Shown: one piece after another, positions 21,519-31,458 of the stretch | How positions within the stretch are numbered: the first letter of the stretch is position 1 | Layout of the letters: each line of letters opens with the position of its first letter | IMG/VR virus record: IMGVR_UViG_3300020154_000003 | Span: 62,001 to 126,000 of that record | Reading direction: 5' to 3' (one strand) | DNA length: 64,000 bases | Translations under genes and position numbers: made by a program | The notes under the pieces: generated by a model | The model's database searches: none | What the model saw: the letters and a program-made list of their open reading frames with translations, nothing else | What the model was told of the DNA's origin: nothing

Positions 21519-21866
21519 ATGAAAACACTGTTTATAGTAGTCATATCCATGTTCATGGCGATAGCGTCATTTGGCCAGACTGCATCCTATTATGTCGCCT
21601 ACGTAAAAGATACCAACTGTGGGACTACTATAATCTTGGAAAATGCCAAGCGAGTTCGTACCCAAAAAGTCGCAAATTTCCTTGAAAAGTACCCTGTGCT
21701 GACCTTAATTAAGGATTTTGACAAAGCCAAGAAATACTCCTTGATTAATTCGCACTTGGTAAAAGGACTTCCAGAAGAAAAAGGGAACAACATCATTTTT
21801 TATCTTATCAACGGCCAAAAATACGTTGTGAAAGGTAAAAAAAGAGTGACTTTTAGTTCACTTTAA
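21519..21866 (+). CDS. secreted hypothetical protein
   Basis: Signal-peptide-like N-terminus; AAC-N16-CGTA promoter at 21479-21501. Confidence 0.65.
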   Translation: MKTLFIVVISMFMAIASFGQTASYYVAYVKDTNCGTTIILENAKRVRTQKVANFLEKYPVLTLIKDFDKAKKYSLINSHLVKGLPEEKGNNIIFYLINGQKYVVKGKKRVTFSSL

Positions 21867-23076
21867 ACTGTACTGGACATTTGCTGACATCAGCAGGTTT
21901 GTTGCTGCCTTTCTCAACGTTCAACTTGATACCCATATCCTTTACTTTAAGAAAAATGTATCGGTAAGAAGGAACATCTTCAGTTTCGGTCTCAACAATT
22001 CTACCCTTAATTACAACATTCACATACTGGTACTGATCATATTCCTCTAAGTTTTCCAGAGGGGCTTCCTGAGCGTTAGATTTCCACAAGGAGGCATCAA
22101 TACCTCTTTGTTGGTAACTAGCTACTGCTTGCGGATCGACTTCATACGGGCTTTTAGGGCCAGAAGTTCCATCACCGTTTTGGCCTGCCACATTTATCTT
22201 AATCTTTTCAGCCGTAATCGCTCCCTTTTTATTTACTCCCTGACCACCAAGGTCTTGTTCCATACCGTTAATTAAGCTTACGATGGTCTCTGCTCTTTTT
22301 TGAGAAGATTGCTGCCATGTCATACCTTCAAATTCCCCTCTGTTTCTTAGGGTTGATGAAGATGCTTCAATGATTACACTATCCACTTCGGTGAACATAT
22401 TCATCATTTCTTGAACTTGTGCTTTAACTTGTTCAGGGCTTTCTAATTGTGCCGAGTTAGGCTTAAATGTACGCTTCAATGGAACTGACATTGTACTGAT
22501 CACAGTATCTACTCTGATCACTTGCTGTGAATTCTGATCGAATTGTATAGCGTTAGGATTGTTATCTTGATTCTTCTGCCATCCACCGATACTTGCATAG
22601 TTGAATTTATCAACATCCTCAAGACTCTTTATTTTACTTTTAATACCATTAAGTATATTCTGTTTCTGTTCTGGCGATAGCTTGTTATAAGCATTTAAAC
22701 TACCTTCAAGCCCGTTCTTTTTCATTACTCGAATAAGTCTGTTCTCAATTTTTGCCAATGGAATGTCACCATCAGTTTGTTGTCCAGATACTTGTTCAAT
22801 TTTTTCTTTAGGAACACCAGCAGCCATAAGTTGCTGCGCATTTACGTTGTTCGCCAGAAGGGTAGAGATCACTGCAGCAGTTAATAAACCTTTGGTCGCA
22901 TAACTTTTAATCGTATCAACAATACCTTCCTCAATAAGAGCAGCTTCGTTTAGCGAACTTCTCTTTTTTCTGATTTCCTCCATTATTTGGGTACAAACAA
23001 GCTTTTCCTTTTTCTTGGATTCGACTAACGCTTTGAATTGACTTTCAGTAATGTAATAGGTTCTATTTGTACTCAT
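21853..23076 (-). CDS. hypothetical virion protein
   Basis: 407 aa; N-terminal ITESQFKALVE resembles a protease-cleaved propeptide. Confidence 0.65.
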   Translation of the reverse strand: MSTNRTYYITESQFKALVESKKKEKLVCTQIMEEIRKKRSSLNEAALIEEGIVDTIKSYATKGLLTAAVISTLLANNVNAQQLMAAGVPKEKIEQVSGQQTDGDIPLAKIENRLIRVMKKNGLEGSLNAYNKLSPEQKQNILNGIKSKIKSLEDVDKFNYASIGGWQKNQDNNPNAIQFDQNSQQVIRVDTVISTMSVPLKRTFKPNSAQLESPEQVKAQVQEMMNMFTEVDSVIIEASSSTLRNRGEFEGMTWQQSSQKRAETIVSLINGMEQDLGGQGVNKKGAITAEKIKINVAGQNGDGTSGPKSPYEVDPQAVASYQQRGIDASLWKSNAQEAPLENLEEYDQYQYVNVVIKGRIVETETEDVPSYRYIFLKVKDMGIKLNVEKGSNKPADVSKCPVQFKVN

Positions 23077-23931
23077 TTATTTTTCTGTTTTAATTTCATC
23101 TGATGATACTGTACGATCAAAACTATCATTCTTAAGATTTGATAACTTATCTAAGTACCCTGTATTTCTTAATATTTTAAATGCTAAATTTTCTGGAGAA
23201 AACTCACCTTCTTTATATAGGCCAGCTTGTCTCATTTTTTTTATCTTCTCTTTGATCATTGTTGCCTTGTTTGCAACATCTTCACCCTTGTTAAACTCGT
23301 CAACCAAAGTGTCGATTCTATTCATAATATCTGCGGCTTTTAGTTGAACTGCAGATTCATCAATATTTATGAACTTCTTTATTGGCTTTCTAACCCAATC
23401 GTTATTCATTAATGAGTAAATACCTAATGATGCGTTCGGTTCTTCAGTACTTTGAACGTAGCATTCAACAGTATGGTCATCGATTGAAATGTCGTGCTGT
23501 ATTCCCCACAACTCTTTCTTTGCTTTAAAAAACTCACCAATGATTTCAGGTTCAGCCTTGATTTGTGAAAAATTCAATACAATGTGTAGGTCTATGTCTG
23601 AATAGGGTGAATAATTATAATTTGCGTTACTGCCAAGAACGACTATATCACTAAACTTTTTATCTTCAACTTTACAAAATTTAATAAATTCAACTGCGAT
23701 CTTCAGTAGCTTCTGCCTGATGTCCTCTTTTAATTTGTCGTTTTTATCCCAAAGCACTGGATTTAGGTCATCATTCAACTTTATTGAAGACATATCAATC
23801 TCTTCAGGTTCAATAACTTCTTGCAAAACTTGCTTTATTGAAGCATTGTTCCAGTACTTACCACACCAATTTCTCGGATTTTTGATACTAGTTTTATCCT
23901 TTTTATCAATGTTTTCAGCCTTTTTTGCCAT
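23077..23931 (-). CDS. Pol-beta-superfamily nucleotidyltransferase
   Basis: LGSNANYNYSPYSDIDLH (GS...DxD) motif. Confidence 0.8.
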   Translation of the reverse strand: MAKKAENIDKKDKTSIKNPRNWCGKYWNNASIKQVLQEVIEPEEIDMSSIKLNDDLNPVLWDKNDKLKEDIRQKLLKIAVEFIKFCKVEDKKFSDIVVLGSNANYNYSPYSDIDLHIVLNFSQIKAEPEIIGEFFKAKKELWGIQHDISIDDHTVECYVQSTEEPNASLGIYSLMNNDWVRKPIKKFINIDESAVQLKAADIMNRIDTLVDEFNKGEDVANKATMIKEKIKKMRQAGLYKEGEFSPENLAFKILRNTGYLDKLSNLKNDSFDRTVSSDEIKTEK

Positions 23932-24017
23932 GAGTGATCAATAAATATAGTTTTTTATAAATACAGAAATTTCCAATAAATACCATTTCAATTTAGTATT
24001 TATGAAAAAAAGAAGAA

Positions 24018-25904
24018 ATGATGGATTTAAATTGTCTTAACACAATTATTACTGATAACTTGGCTGTTCACATCGATTTAACCAGCTTAAAATCATGGAA
24101 TTTGAATACTGGTTACACATCGGTTAGCTTAAATAAATGGGCAGGTGCTGTTTCAGACAATATATTTCTATACGATTTCGGGTTAACAGCATTCGACAAC
24201 GGAAGAGTTGATCACATGCATGATACCTTAACCATTACTCCTAGTGATAATAAAGTAACATTATACCGTATCGGGTATAATAACAGTACTGGCGGTACTT
24301 TCTATACCCCATCGGGTATAACTGCAGTGACTGCGCTCACGGCAACAACGGTCGGTAACTACTTCCAACTTAATGGGGATTACTTACAAGGCTTCTTTAA
24401 ATTGAAAGACTATAACTACGAATTGATTCCAGCACGTTATGGTAAAGGTATTACCATTGAAACTCTTATCAATATTAGTGAGGATTCCTTCAATGACGGA
24501 TATTTCTATTTGATGGGTGCAAGAGCAGAAAGTAAGTACATTCCACCTTTCTCAGGAGAATCATCAGTGTTTAGTAGTGGTTATACCGAAGCTAACGGTA
24601 AACATGTAATTGAGAAGGCAAAGATTGTTTTCAGTGGCGTGACAACTAGCGAAGGTCATTACTTAAATAATTATGTCGAGACTGAAGTACTAAAAACAAG
24701 TATCAATAGCGAAAAATACTTCGACACTCTTTGGGTAGAAAATGACGACAACGGTATCAACAATAACGTAATTGGATTTTTCATCTCATCCGATCAAAGA
24801 ATTGGATTCACACGAATCAACAATCAAGGATTGATTGAAACTCAATCATCTGACAATTTGCTTTCGACTGGATGGACACTCATAACTATTGTCTTCAAAC
24901 CATATGAAATTATTACTGATACTGAAGTTCTAAAATGTACTCCAAGCAGAAAGGGTGATTTCACAATTTATGTGAACGGTAGAAGATTTTGGAAGATAGA
25001 AGATTTTGATGAATACTATTTCAAAGGTTTCAAAACACAAAAAGAAAAACAATTAGGTGTTCCATATAATATTAGTTGGGGTGGTGGTAGTTTCGGATTG
25101 AGACATTCACATCATTATGATCTCAACACAAGAACTATATTCAATGGAAATAGTGAATTAAGCGTTGGAACTGGCTTCACATTTATCAATAACCCGAATC
25201 CTATTGATAGCTGCGAATTACCTAATGTAAGTGGATTCACACAGTACGTAGTGGTAACTGGCGACAACACAACCTTCACTGTTGCTGACGAGTGTGGTAC
25301 TGGTACGACTGGTCAGACTGTTTTGAAAATTCACAATACGGGCACTACAACTGGATTGACAACTAACGAATACTATCTCCAATTCAATGAAGAATATGAG
25401 TTACTGAGTAATCGCGACTATATCTTTACAGTTCAAGTTTATGATGCTGGTATATTCACAAATAACGATGGTGTGATTGGACTGTTCTTCTCAGGCAGCA
25501 CAGGAATAACCGTTGTTGAAGCAATTAACTACAATCAAATTGGTTATGCTGTGAATACATGGAACCAACTTCGATATAAAATAAGAACTACTGAAAATAC
25601 TGGTCTATCAACAGTTAAGGTTGGTCTATATATGAAATCAGCATATGAATTGAGTGATAATTTCCTTCTTTATTTTAATGAATTCAGTTTTGTTGGCCCT
25701 GACAAACTTACCCACGATATAATTAAGGATGATCAGACAATTGAAAATACGTATTCACAATCATTTGTCGGTAGCATCCAGAAGTTAAGAATATACGACA
25801 CCGCATTCAATTCACAGATGGTATTGCACAATGCTTCAATAGAAAGTAGAACTGCAGGTTATAATATGGTTGTTAATAGAGGTGGTAGAATAATTAATGG
25901 ATGA
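24018..25904 (+). CDS. LamG/ConA-like beta-sandwich virion protein
   Basis: WTLITIV, IYVNG, FVGSIQKLRIYD motifs. Confidence 0.65.
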   Translation: MMDLNCLNTIITDNLAVHIDLTSLKSWNLNTGYTSVSLNKWAGAVSDNIFLYDFGLTAFDNGRVDHMHDTLTITPSDNKVTLYRIGYNNSTGGTFYTPSGITAVTALTATTVGNYFQLNGDYLQGFFKLKDYNYELIPARYGKGITIETLINISEDSFNDGYFYLMGARAESKYIPPFSGESSVFSSGYTEANGKHVIEKAKIVFSGVTTSEGHYLNNYVETEVLKTSINSEKYFDTLWVENDDNGINNNVIGFFISSDQRIGFTRINNQGLIETQSSDNLLSTGWTLITIVFKPYEIITDTEVLKCTPSRKGDFTIYVNGRRFWKIEDFDEYYFKGFKTQKEKQLGVPYNISWGGGSFGLRHSHHYDLNTRTIFNGNSELSVGTGFTFINNPNPIDSCELPNVSGFTQYVVVTGDNTTFTVADECGTGTTGQTVLKIHNTGTTTGLTTNEYYLQFNEEYELLSNRDYIFTVQVYDAGIFTNNDGVIGLFFSGSTGITVVEAINYNQIGYAVNTWNQLRYKIRTTENTGLSTVKVGLYMKSAYELSDNFLLYFNEFSFVGPDKLTHDIIKDDQTIENTYSQSFVGSIQKLRIYDTAFNSQMVLHNASIESRTAGYNMVVNRGGRIING

Positions 25905-26103
25905 GTTTAATGAAATTGTGAATGGGTGGAAGAATTACATATTCAAAACCCCTGAAACAGAAGAGTTAGCTAAGAAAAGATTGCGAAGCTGTCTTATGTG
26001 TAGACACTATATGAATGCATCAAAGCGATGTAGATTATGTGGTTGCCCTGTCGCAGCAGCAGTTAGATCAATTCCTAAAAAATGTCCCGTAGGTAAGTGG
26101 TGA
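25897..26103 (+). CDS. small Cys-rich Zn-binding protein
   Basis: CxxC...CxxCGC...CP.GKW. Confidence 0.75.
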   Translation: MDEFNEIVNGWKNYIFKTPETEELAKKRLRSCLMCRHYMNASKRCRLCGCPVAAAVRSIPKKCPVGKW

Positions 26104-26763
26104 TTAGTCTCTAAATCCAAGTATATTCAATAAAAATTTCTTTCTAAAAACTGGAATGTTTGTTTCCTTAAGTGGATACATTTCTTTGAATATTACGTCA
26201 AATACATTTTTCTTAAATCTAGCATCATAGTAGTCAGTTAAATCAGCCTTATAGGTTTTTAAAACGAAGTGCGGATGTGGATGTATTTTTCTAATCACCT
26301 CATAATACAAAATCTTTTCCTTGTTGTTGTCATACTTTAAAATTATGAAACCAGTATATGGATTAAAAATTTCGACCTTACATCCTGAGATAATAATGTT
26401 ATTATTGACTTCTTCTAGTAAGCCACTGAATTTCATATATAGATCAACTAGAATTTCCTTCGAGAATTGTGCGATTGCTTTGATTTCATTAAGGGATTTA
26501 TCGTCAACCAGAGACTGCGTTACAGCTTGCATATTTTTTAGATCGAAACCAACAACGCTAGTTTTTGATTCTTCCATCTTCTTAGTGTTACTCAAAAATT
26601 CATTAACGATTTTTATTTTATCGATAATGTCAGTCAAGTAAGGATAAATTTTTTTCTGATCTAAGTAATTGGTGCTTGCCTGATCATATGCTAAAAGCAA
26701 GTATTTTTTATATTCAAAATCTATGGGGTCACTGGTCAGCCAATTATTGTCAAGTTTCTGCAT
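26104..26763 (-). CDS. hypothetical protein
   Basis: 219 aa ORF, late motif at 26768. Confidence 0.7.
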   Translation of the reverse strand: MQKLDNNWLTSDPIDFEYKKYLLLAYDQASTNYLDQKKIYPYLTDIIDKIKIVNEFLSNTKKMEESKTSVVGFDLKNMQAVTQSLVDDKSLNEIKAIAQFSKEILVDLYMKFSGLLEEVNNNIIISGCKVEIFNPYTGFIILKYDNNKEKILYYEVIRKIHPHPHFVLKTYKADLTDYYDARFKKNVFDVIFKEMYPLKETNIPVFRKKFLLNILGFRD

Positions 26764-26848
26764 GTATATAAATACTTACATAAAAATGACAATAATTTAA
26801 CTTATTCACAAATAATGCGTATAATTGTAATATATACAAAATGCTCTT

Positions 26849-27109
26849 ATGGAAGTTGAAGTGTTGAACGCATTTGTTACCAAATGGAATGATACCACGG
26901 TAATATGTTACATGGTTGAGGAAGAGTCACTTAGAGAGTTCAATAGGACACCATTATTTGCTGATTATAAGCTATTTAAAGGTAAGGAAGTAACGTTCGA
27001 AGTGAACATCCAGCCCGGAGAAATGAAAGTGCTATGTAAGGAGAAAGGAACTAAGAAAATAGTTCAAAAGAAACGGTACTGGCTTTGGAAGCTTAAAAAT
27101 ATGTTTTAG
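26849..27109 (+). CDS. hypothetical protein
   Basis: 86 aa; promoter 26799-26821. Confidence 0.6.
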   Translation: MEVEVLNAFVTKWNDTTVICYMVEEESLREFNRTPLFADYKLFKGKEVTFEVNIQPGEMKVLCKEKGTKKIVQKKRYWLWKLKNMF

Positions 27110-27181
27110 TAACCATGATTGGAATCGAACCAATATCCTTCGAGTCAGAGTCGAAAATAATAACCGTTATACTACATGGTA
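27110..27181 (-). tRNA. tRNA-Gln(CTG)
   Basis: Cloverleaf; anticodon arm TTCGA-CTCTGAC-TCGAA. Confidence 0.88.
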
Positions 27182-27182
27182 G

Positions 27183-27255
27183 TTTTCCTGTCAGGATTCG
27201 AACCTGAACTGAGTAATCCAAAGTTACTCGTGCTGAACCGTTACACTACAGGAAA
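27183..27255 (-). tRNA. tRNA-Gln(TTG)
   Basis: Cloverleaf; AGTAA-CTTTGGA-TTACT. Confidence 0.9.
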
Positions 27256-27258
27256 ATA

Positions 27259-27334
27259 TGGGGCGATGAGTAGGAGTCGAACCTACATCTGCCCGCCTCA
27301 ATGCAGGCCGTGTTACCACAACACTTCCCTCGCC
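27259..27334 (-). tRNA. atypical tRNA (His-type 8-bp acceptor, 8-nt loop CATTGAGG)
   Basis: D and T arms intact, encoded CCA, anticodon ambiguous. Confidence 0.6.
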
Positions 27335-27336
27335 AT

Positions 27337-27519
27337 TTAACTTACAAACTTGAATTTCTTCATGAAATCACTTTGAGTAAACCATTGTTTACAATTAATT
27401 CCTTCTTTAGTTCGGGCAGTACGAGTGACTTCAATTGAGTTACTTGTCTTACCAGTAATTTTTTCAATTACTTTTCCATCCAATACGGAATCACCAATTT
27501 TTATTTCTTCGAAACTCAT
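27337..27519 (-). CDS. hypothetical protein
   Basis: MSFEEIKIGDSV..., trimmed to avoid tRNA-Pro. Confidence 0.55.
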   Translation of the reverse strand: MSFEEIKIGDSVLDGKVIEKITGKTSNSIEVTRTARTKEGINCKQWFTQSDFMKKFKFVS

Positions 27520-27521
27520 AG

Positions 27522-27595
27522 TCGGGGCAGCAGGATTCGAACCTGCGATTTCTTGCTCCCAAAGCAAGCGCGATACCGGACTTCGCTATACCCCG
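27522..27595 (-). tRNA. tRNA-Pro(TGG)
   Basis: CGGGG acceptor; CTTGC-TTTGGGA-GCAAG. Confidence 0.93.
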
Positions 27596-27599
27596 TGTT

Positions 27600-27677
27600 T
27601 GGGTGATTGAGGGGACTCGAACCCCCGTTCTTCAGAGCCACAATCTGACGCTTTCGGCCAACTAAGCTACAACCACC
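27600..27677 (-). tRNA. tRNA-His(GTG)
   Basis: G-1:C73 acceptor; TCAGA-TTGTGGC-TCTGA. Confidence 0.93.
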
Positions 27678-27684
27678 ATGTATA

Positions 27685-28020
27685 TTAAAAATCAAAATTC
27701 TTTGTCAATCTTTTTAAAATATAATCTTTGACACAAGAAGCCAACACCTTACTTCTTTTATAACCTAAAACTTTTTTCGTGTAACTGCCAGTACCTTTGC
27801 AATCACTGCACTCAGGATCATAATTATTTCCGTAATCATAGTTCTCATTGCAGTAACACGTTTCATTTCTAGTTGTATCTTCTAAATTACCTCCACCACT
27901 ACTATTCTCACTAGAGAATGAAACCCAATCCACATAATCATCAGTACAATTGGTGACGATGCAGATGCTACCATAAGGGCTTTTAATTACGTTACCTGTT
28001 CTAAAGGGTGTCATGTTCAT
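27685..28020 (-). CDS. hypothetical protein with CxxCxGxG motif
   Basis: CSDCKGTG. Confidence 0.6.
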   Translation of the reverse strand: MNMTPFRTGNVIKSPYGSICIVTNCTDDYVDWVSFSSENSSGGGNLEDTTRNETCYCNENYDYGNNYDPECSDCKGTGSYTKKVLGYKRSKVLASCVKDYILKRLTKNFDF

Positions 28021-28064
28021 TTTTATTTAAAAACTGGACATACTATCATAATGTGTCCAGTTTG

Positions 28065-28143
28065 TCGCGTAGGCAGGATTCGAACCTGCGCAAATCTCCT
28101 GTGTCCAAGACAGGCGGGAACGGCCAGACTTCCCCACTACACG
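28065..28143 (-). tRNA. tRNA-Pro(TGG)
   Basis: CCTGT-CTTGGAC-ACAGG; T arm GCAGG-TTCGAAT-CCTGC. Confidence 0.88.
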
Positions 28144-28151
28144 ATATAAAC

Positions 28152-28182
28152 AAAAAAAACCCAAGCTTTTGGCTTGGGTTTT
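28152..28182 (-). terminator. attenuator terminator, tRNA operon 1
   Basis: AAAACCCAAGC-CAAAA-GCTTGGGTTTTTTTT. Confidence 0.9.
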
Positions 28183-28203
28183 CTGTATTGTCCTAATTAT
28201 ATT

Positions 28204-28302
28204 TTATCTATTTAGTGGACATAGAATACAAAATCCTCCCAAGCATGAGCATTGTGGCTGATGTTGGGGGTGTTGAAGTGCTATGTTTACTAATGTTTTC
28301 AT
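28204..28302 (-). CDS. leader peptide 1 (Gln/His/Pro sensor) MKTLVNIALQHPQHQPQCSCLGGFCILCPLNR
   Basis: 32 aa ORF between promoter and terminator; CAA CAC CCC CAA CAT CAG CCA CAA run. Confidence 0.85.
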   Translation of the reverse strand: MKTLVNIALQHPQHQPQCSCLGGFCILCPLNR

Positions 28303-28317
28303 TTCGTTATTGTGATG

Positions 28318-28356
28318 CAAATGTAATAGTAAATACGTAGATTCCAAAAAAAGGTT
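28318..28356 (-). promoter_or_regulatory. composite promoter of tRNA operon 1
   Basis: AAC-N16-CGTA, overlapping GTATTTA, then TACATTTG. Confidence 0.75.
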
Positions 28357-28375
28357 CAATTATTTTTTCACTTTT

Positions 28376-29422
28376 TTATTTAGGGCCAAAACTTCTATTT
28401 GGATTACCCCACAATTTAGCAGCAGAATCGGAGTGGGGAACATCAGGATGCAATGTCTCGCCAGTAAGTTCCTCAACCCATTTATACATCTCAGATGCAA
28501 TACCCATCCTTCTTTTATCGGGTCTCACATCAATACTTGCTTTCATTATTGAAGACTCATGCTGTTTACCGTAACTTACGTGACCTACCTCAGTACCATC
28601 TTCATTATCGAATGCGTATATATCGCCCCAAAGAAACCATTTCTCTTCAGGATATGGGTCTTTAATATGTATTAATGTAACCTTCGGAAGAACTTTCTTT
28701 TGATCGTAATTGGTGTAGTCCTTAAGTTTTTCTCTTTTATTTTTAACAAATTCAACACCAACATCATCATATGCCTCTTGAATCATTTCACCAACAAAAG
28801 CTGGTACTGGTCGCTTCGATCTATTCAATGAAAGTTCTAAACCCTTCTTCCAGTTAGGAGGCAAATTTGTAACGACATCGTTTATGTCTGTTTTTGTTTT
28901 TTCAAAATAATCTAAGATTTGGTCTTCCTGATGATCTTGAATATCTGGTGACACTAAAAATATAGTCCTGTTTGGAAACTCTATAAAGTAGTTCGTACTA
29001 ACTCTTTTAAGGCTGTCCCACACTCTGGTTGCATCGACTGTTCTATCAGTGTCAGTTGTTTTGTCTTTGTCTGATGACGATACAAACCCTAATTGATCGG
29101 AAAGCTTCTCATATATTTTCTTACCTAAACCGAGATTTCTAAAAGTATTTGGGATAGGCTCAACCGTCAAAATGTAATTAAAATTGGTAGGATCAATCAT
29201 GATTGATGGATTCCCAATTTCAGAATCAGCTTTAAACTGTGCATTAATTTCAGGGTCTCTGAAACCAATTTCATACCTACGATTATTGGCTTTTGGGATC
29301 AAAAGAATATCGTCTTTGGAAAGATTTTTGACTTTTTGCTGAATAGGGCTAACAGCATTGTCTGGTACGAGTTCAGAAATGTAGTTTTCCAGTTCTTCCT
29401 TAATTAAGTATTTTAAATCCAT
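28376..29422 (-). CDS. tandem GNAT acetyltransferase-like protein
   Basis: Two acetyl-CoA motif A copies: FRNLGLGKKIY and RRMGIASEMY; late motif at 29436. Confidence 0.65.
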   Translation of the reverse strand: MDLKYLIKEELENYISELVPDNAVSPIQQKVKNLSKDDILLIPKANNRRYEIGFRDPEINAQFKADSEIGNPSIMIDPTNFNYILTVEPIPNTFRNLGLGKKIYEKLSDQLGFVSSSDKDKTTDTDRTVDATRVWDSLKRVSTNYFIEFPNRTIFLVSPDIQDHQEDQILDYFEKTKTDINDVVTNLPPNWKKGLELSLNRSKRPVPAFVGEMIQEAYDDVGVEFVKNKREKLKDYTNYDQKKVLPKVTLIHIKDPYPEEKWFLWGDIYAFDNEDGTEVGHVSYGKQHESSIMKASIDVRPDKRRMGIASEMYKWVEELTGETLHPDVPHSDSAAKLWGNPNRSFGPK

Positions 29423-29451
29423 TTAAGATTTTTTTATAAATACTTAACTTT

Positions 29452-29955
29452 ATGCTATATTTGTATTTTATGGGATTGGACATCAATACAAGTAAAGGTC
29501 AACTTTCACTCACTCAGGAACGAGAGGTTCAGGAGATTGTTAGTAGTAAATGGAAGGTTGACGTAATTGAAACAGGGAAGGACTCGATTGCTGCCTGTGA
29601 TGGCTTTCTAAGCCGAAATAACGTGATTATAGCCTGTTTTGAGACTAAATGCAGGTATGACATGACTTATGAGGAACTACTGGACAGGGGTAGCTGGTTG
29701 GTCACTTTCGATAAAATAAAGAAGTGTCAATTAGTGTCAAAATTGTTGCAAGTTCCCTTTATAGGGTTCCTTTATTTGCTACCTAAAAGCAACCCGGAAC
29801 AAAAATTGTTGGTCTATTGGAAGATTACGGATAAACAAGGGAACTTTGTTTTTGATTTTGAGGTAATGGATCAGGCAACGCAAAGGACGATTAACGGTGG
29901 AGAGACGGTCAGGCGAAATGCTTATCTTCCCGTAAATGAAATGGTTATTCTATAA
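29452..29955 (+). CDS. PD-(D/E)XK nuclease-like protein
   Basis: CDG...FETKCR motif; true start may be a few codons downstream. Confidence 0.6.
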   Translation: MLYLYFMGLDINTSKGQLSLTQEREVQEIVSSKWKVDVIETGKDSIAACDGFLSRNNVIIACFETKCRYDMTYEELLDRGSWLVTFDKIKKCQLVSKLLQVPFIGFLYLLPKSNPEQKLLVYWKITDKQGNFVFDFEVMDQATQRTINGGETVRRNAYLPVNEMVIL

Positions 29956-29963
29956 GTATTTAT

Positions 29964-30479
29964 ATGAAAAACAAAATGAAAAAGCCTACTAACGAATCGA
30001 TTACTAAAAATGCTGCTAATCTGGACGAGATCATCAACAATGTGGATGAGATGGAAATGATTCTACAGTCTAAAGAATTCCAAACCGCATTGGTTAATGA
30101 TTTAATCAGTGGGAAAAGGAATGTTGTAGAGTGGAAGTTGATTGACGGTAGTGGTAGTTTGGATGATGTTGAAAAGGGAACAATCAAAGACTATTTTGGT
30201 ATTGATTATAGCTTCGACTTCAAATACAGATACAATGGAAAGGTAATTCCTTTGACATTGTTCATTGGTGGTAGAGTGCATTTTAATGCGACACCAGTAC
30301 GTAGTGGAGATTGGATGACACCTCCCGAAGGTGGTGAAGTAACGGTAGATGAGAAGAACTTAGGGAGCGGTCTTGAATTAAGTTTGTTTGATCAAGAAGG
30401 TTCAGAAATTAGTGTGAAATGGCTAACACCTGATTTAGAGAAAAAATTAGCCAGAGAAATTATTAAGGATTACGTTTAA
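29964..30479 (+). CDS. hypothetical protein
   Basis: 171 aa, GTATTTAT at 29956. Confidence 0.65.
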   Translation: MKNKMKKPTNESITKNAANLDEIINNVDEMEMILQSKEFQTALVNDLISGKRNVVEWKLIDGSGSLDDVEKGTIKDYFGIDYSFDFKYRYNGKVIPLTLFIGGRVHFNATPVRSGDWMTPPEGGEVTVDEKNLGSGLELSLFDQEGSEISVKWLTPDLEKKLAREIIKDYV

Positions 30480-30887
30480 ATGAAAAAGTACAATCTCTAT
30501 TTGGATGATGTTAGAAAGCCAATTGATTCTTTGGATTATACCAAGAATAAGGCATATGTTACAGAAGAATGGGAGATCGTAAGATCATATGATGCTTTTG
30601 TGGCGCATATTACGAAGCATGGTTTGCCCGAACTTGTTTCGTTCGACCATGACTTGGCAGAGCCACATTATCATGAAAGCATGTATAAAGATGGGAAGGT
30701 TTATATGAAATATTTGGAAACCATTTCTGAAAAAACTGGCATGGATTGCGTTAAGTGGTTGGTGGAATACTGTCTCGATAACGGAAAAAAATTCCCAAAT
30801 TGGTACTTACACACCATGAATCCAGTTGGCCACGAGAACATGAAATCGTACATAATGTCGTTTTTGAAGCATTCAAGCACGATTTAG
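30480..30887 (+). CDS. cyclic-phosphate-processing receiver-like domain protein
   Basis: LYLDDVR, SFDHDL, TGMDC..WL, HTMNPVG motifs. Confidence 0.8.
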   Translation: MKKYNLYLDDVRKPIDSLDYTKNKAYVTEEWEIVRSYDAFVAHITKHGLPELVSFDHDLAEPHYHESMYKDGKVYMKYLETISEKTGMDCVKWLVEYCLDNGKKFPNWYLHTMNPVGHENMKSYIMSFLKHSSTI

Positions 30888-30951
30888 TATAGTTTACATT
30901 ATATTGGCATTAGGTTCGCATAAGGACTAATGTATTTAACCCCAAAGTGTA

Positions 30952-31266
30952 ATGAAACTGTTTGATAAGGTTAGTAATTTCCAAGAAGGCAAGGCAAATG
31001 TCCTTTATAATGAGATCGTTGATAAATTATCAGGTGATACTACCAATGAGAAAATCAGAACCGTTTGCCTTGACATTCTTGATAAGAAAATCAAGTTTGC
31101 TAACTCGCATAGAAAAAAAGGGAAAATAAATTTGATGGAAAATGAAATTTTCTTTGCAAATACGATAATTCATAATATCTTTGCGCCAGAGTATTCGATC
31201 ATCATCTCGAACGATGAGTTCGGACTCTCAGGAAGAAAAATCAAAAATAAATGGGAAAAACTGTAA
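30952..31266 (+). CDS. hypothetical protein
   Basis: 104 aa ORF. Confidence 0.55.
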   Translation: MKLFDKVSNFQEGKANVLYNEIVDKLSGDTTNEKIRTVCLDILDKKIKFANSHRKKGKINLMENEIFFANTIIHNIFAPEYSIIISNDEFGLSGRKIKNKWEKL

Positions 31267-31315
31267 CATTTTATAATTTTTTCCGTATTTACTAACAAAC
31301 CAGATAATACATTCG
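31265..31315 (+). promoter_or_regulatory. composite promoter of tRNA operon 2
   Basis: AAC-N16-CGTA overlapping GTATTTA; degenerate TACATTCG. Confidence 0.7.
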
Positions 31316-31318
31316 AAA

Positions 31319-31435
31319 ATGAAAACTTTAATATCATCAGTAACTTTAGAAGCATTAGCATTGAACGCTATGGCGGTTGCCTTAGTGGAGGATGATATGC
31401 GTCATGGGTTTTCTGATATTATAGTTGGATTCTAA
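31319..31435 (+). CDS. leader peptide 2 (Val/Leu-UUR/Glu/Ala/Met/Asp sensor) MKTLISSVTLEALALNAMAVALVEDDMRHGFSDIIVGF
   Basis: 38 aa ORF before terminator; 18 of 20 codons (8-27) are V/L/E/A/M/D; all Leu codons are TTA/TTG. Confidence 0.85.
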   Translation: MKTLISSVTLEALALNAMAVALVEDDMRHGFSDIIVGF

Positions 31436-31458
31436 AAAAATAACAACATCAAATCAGG

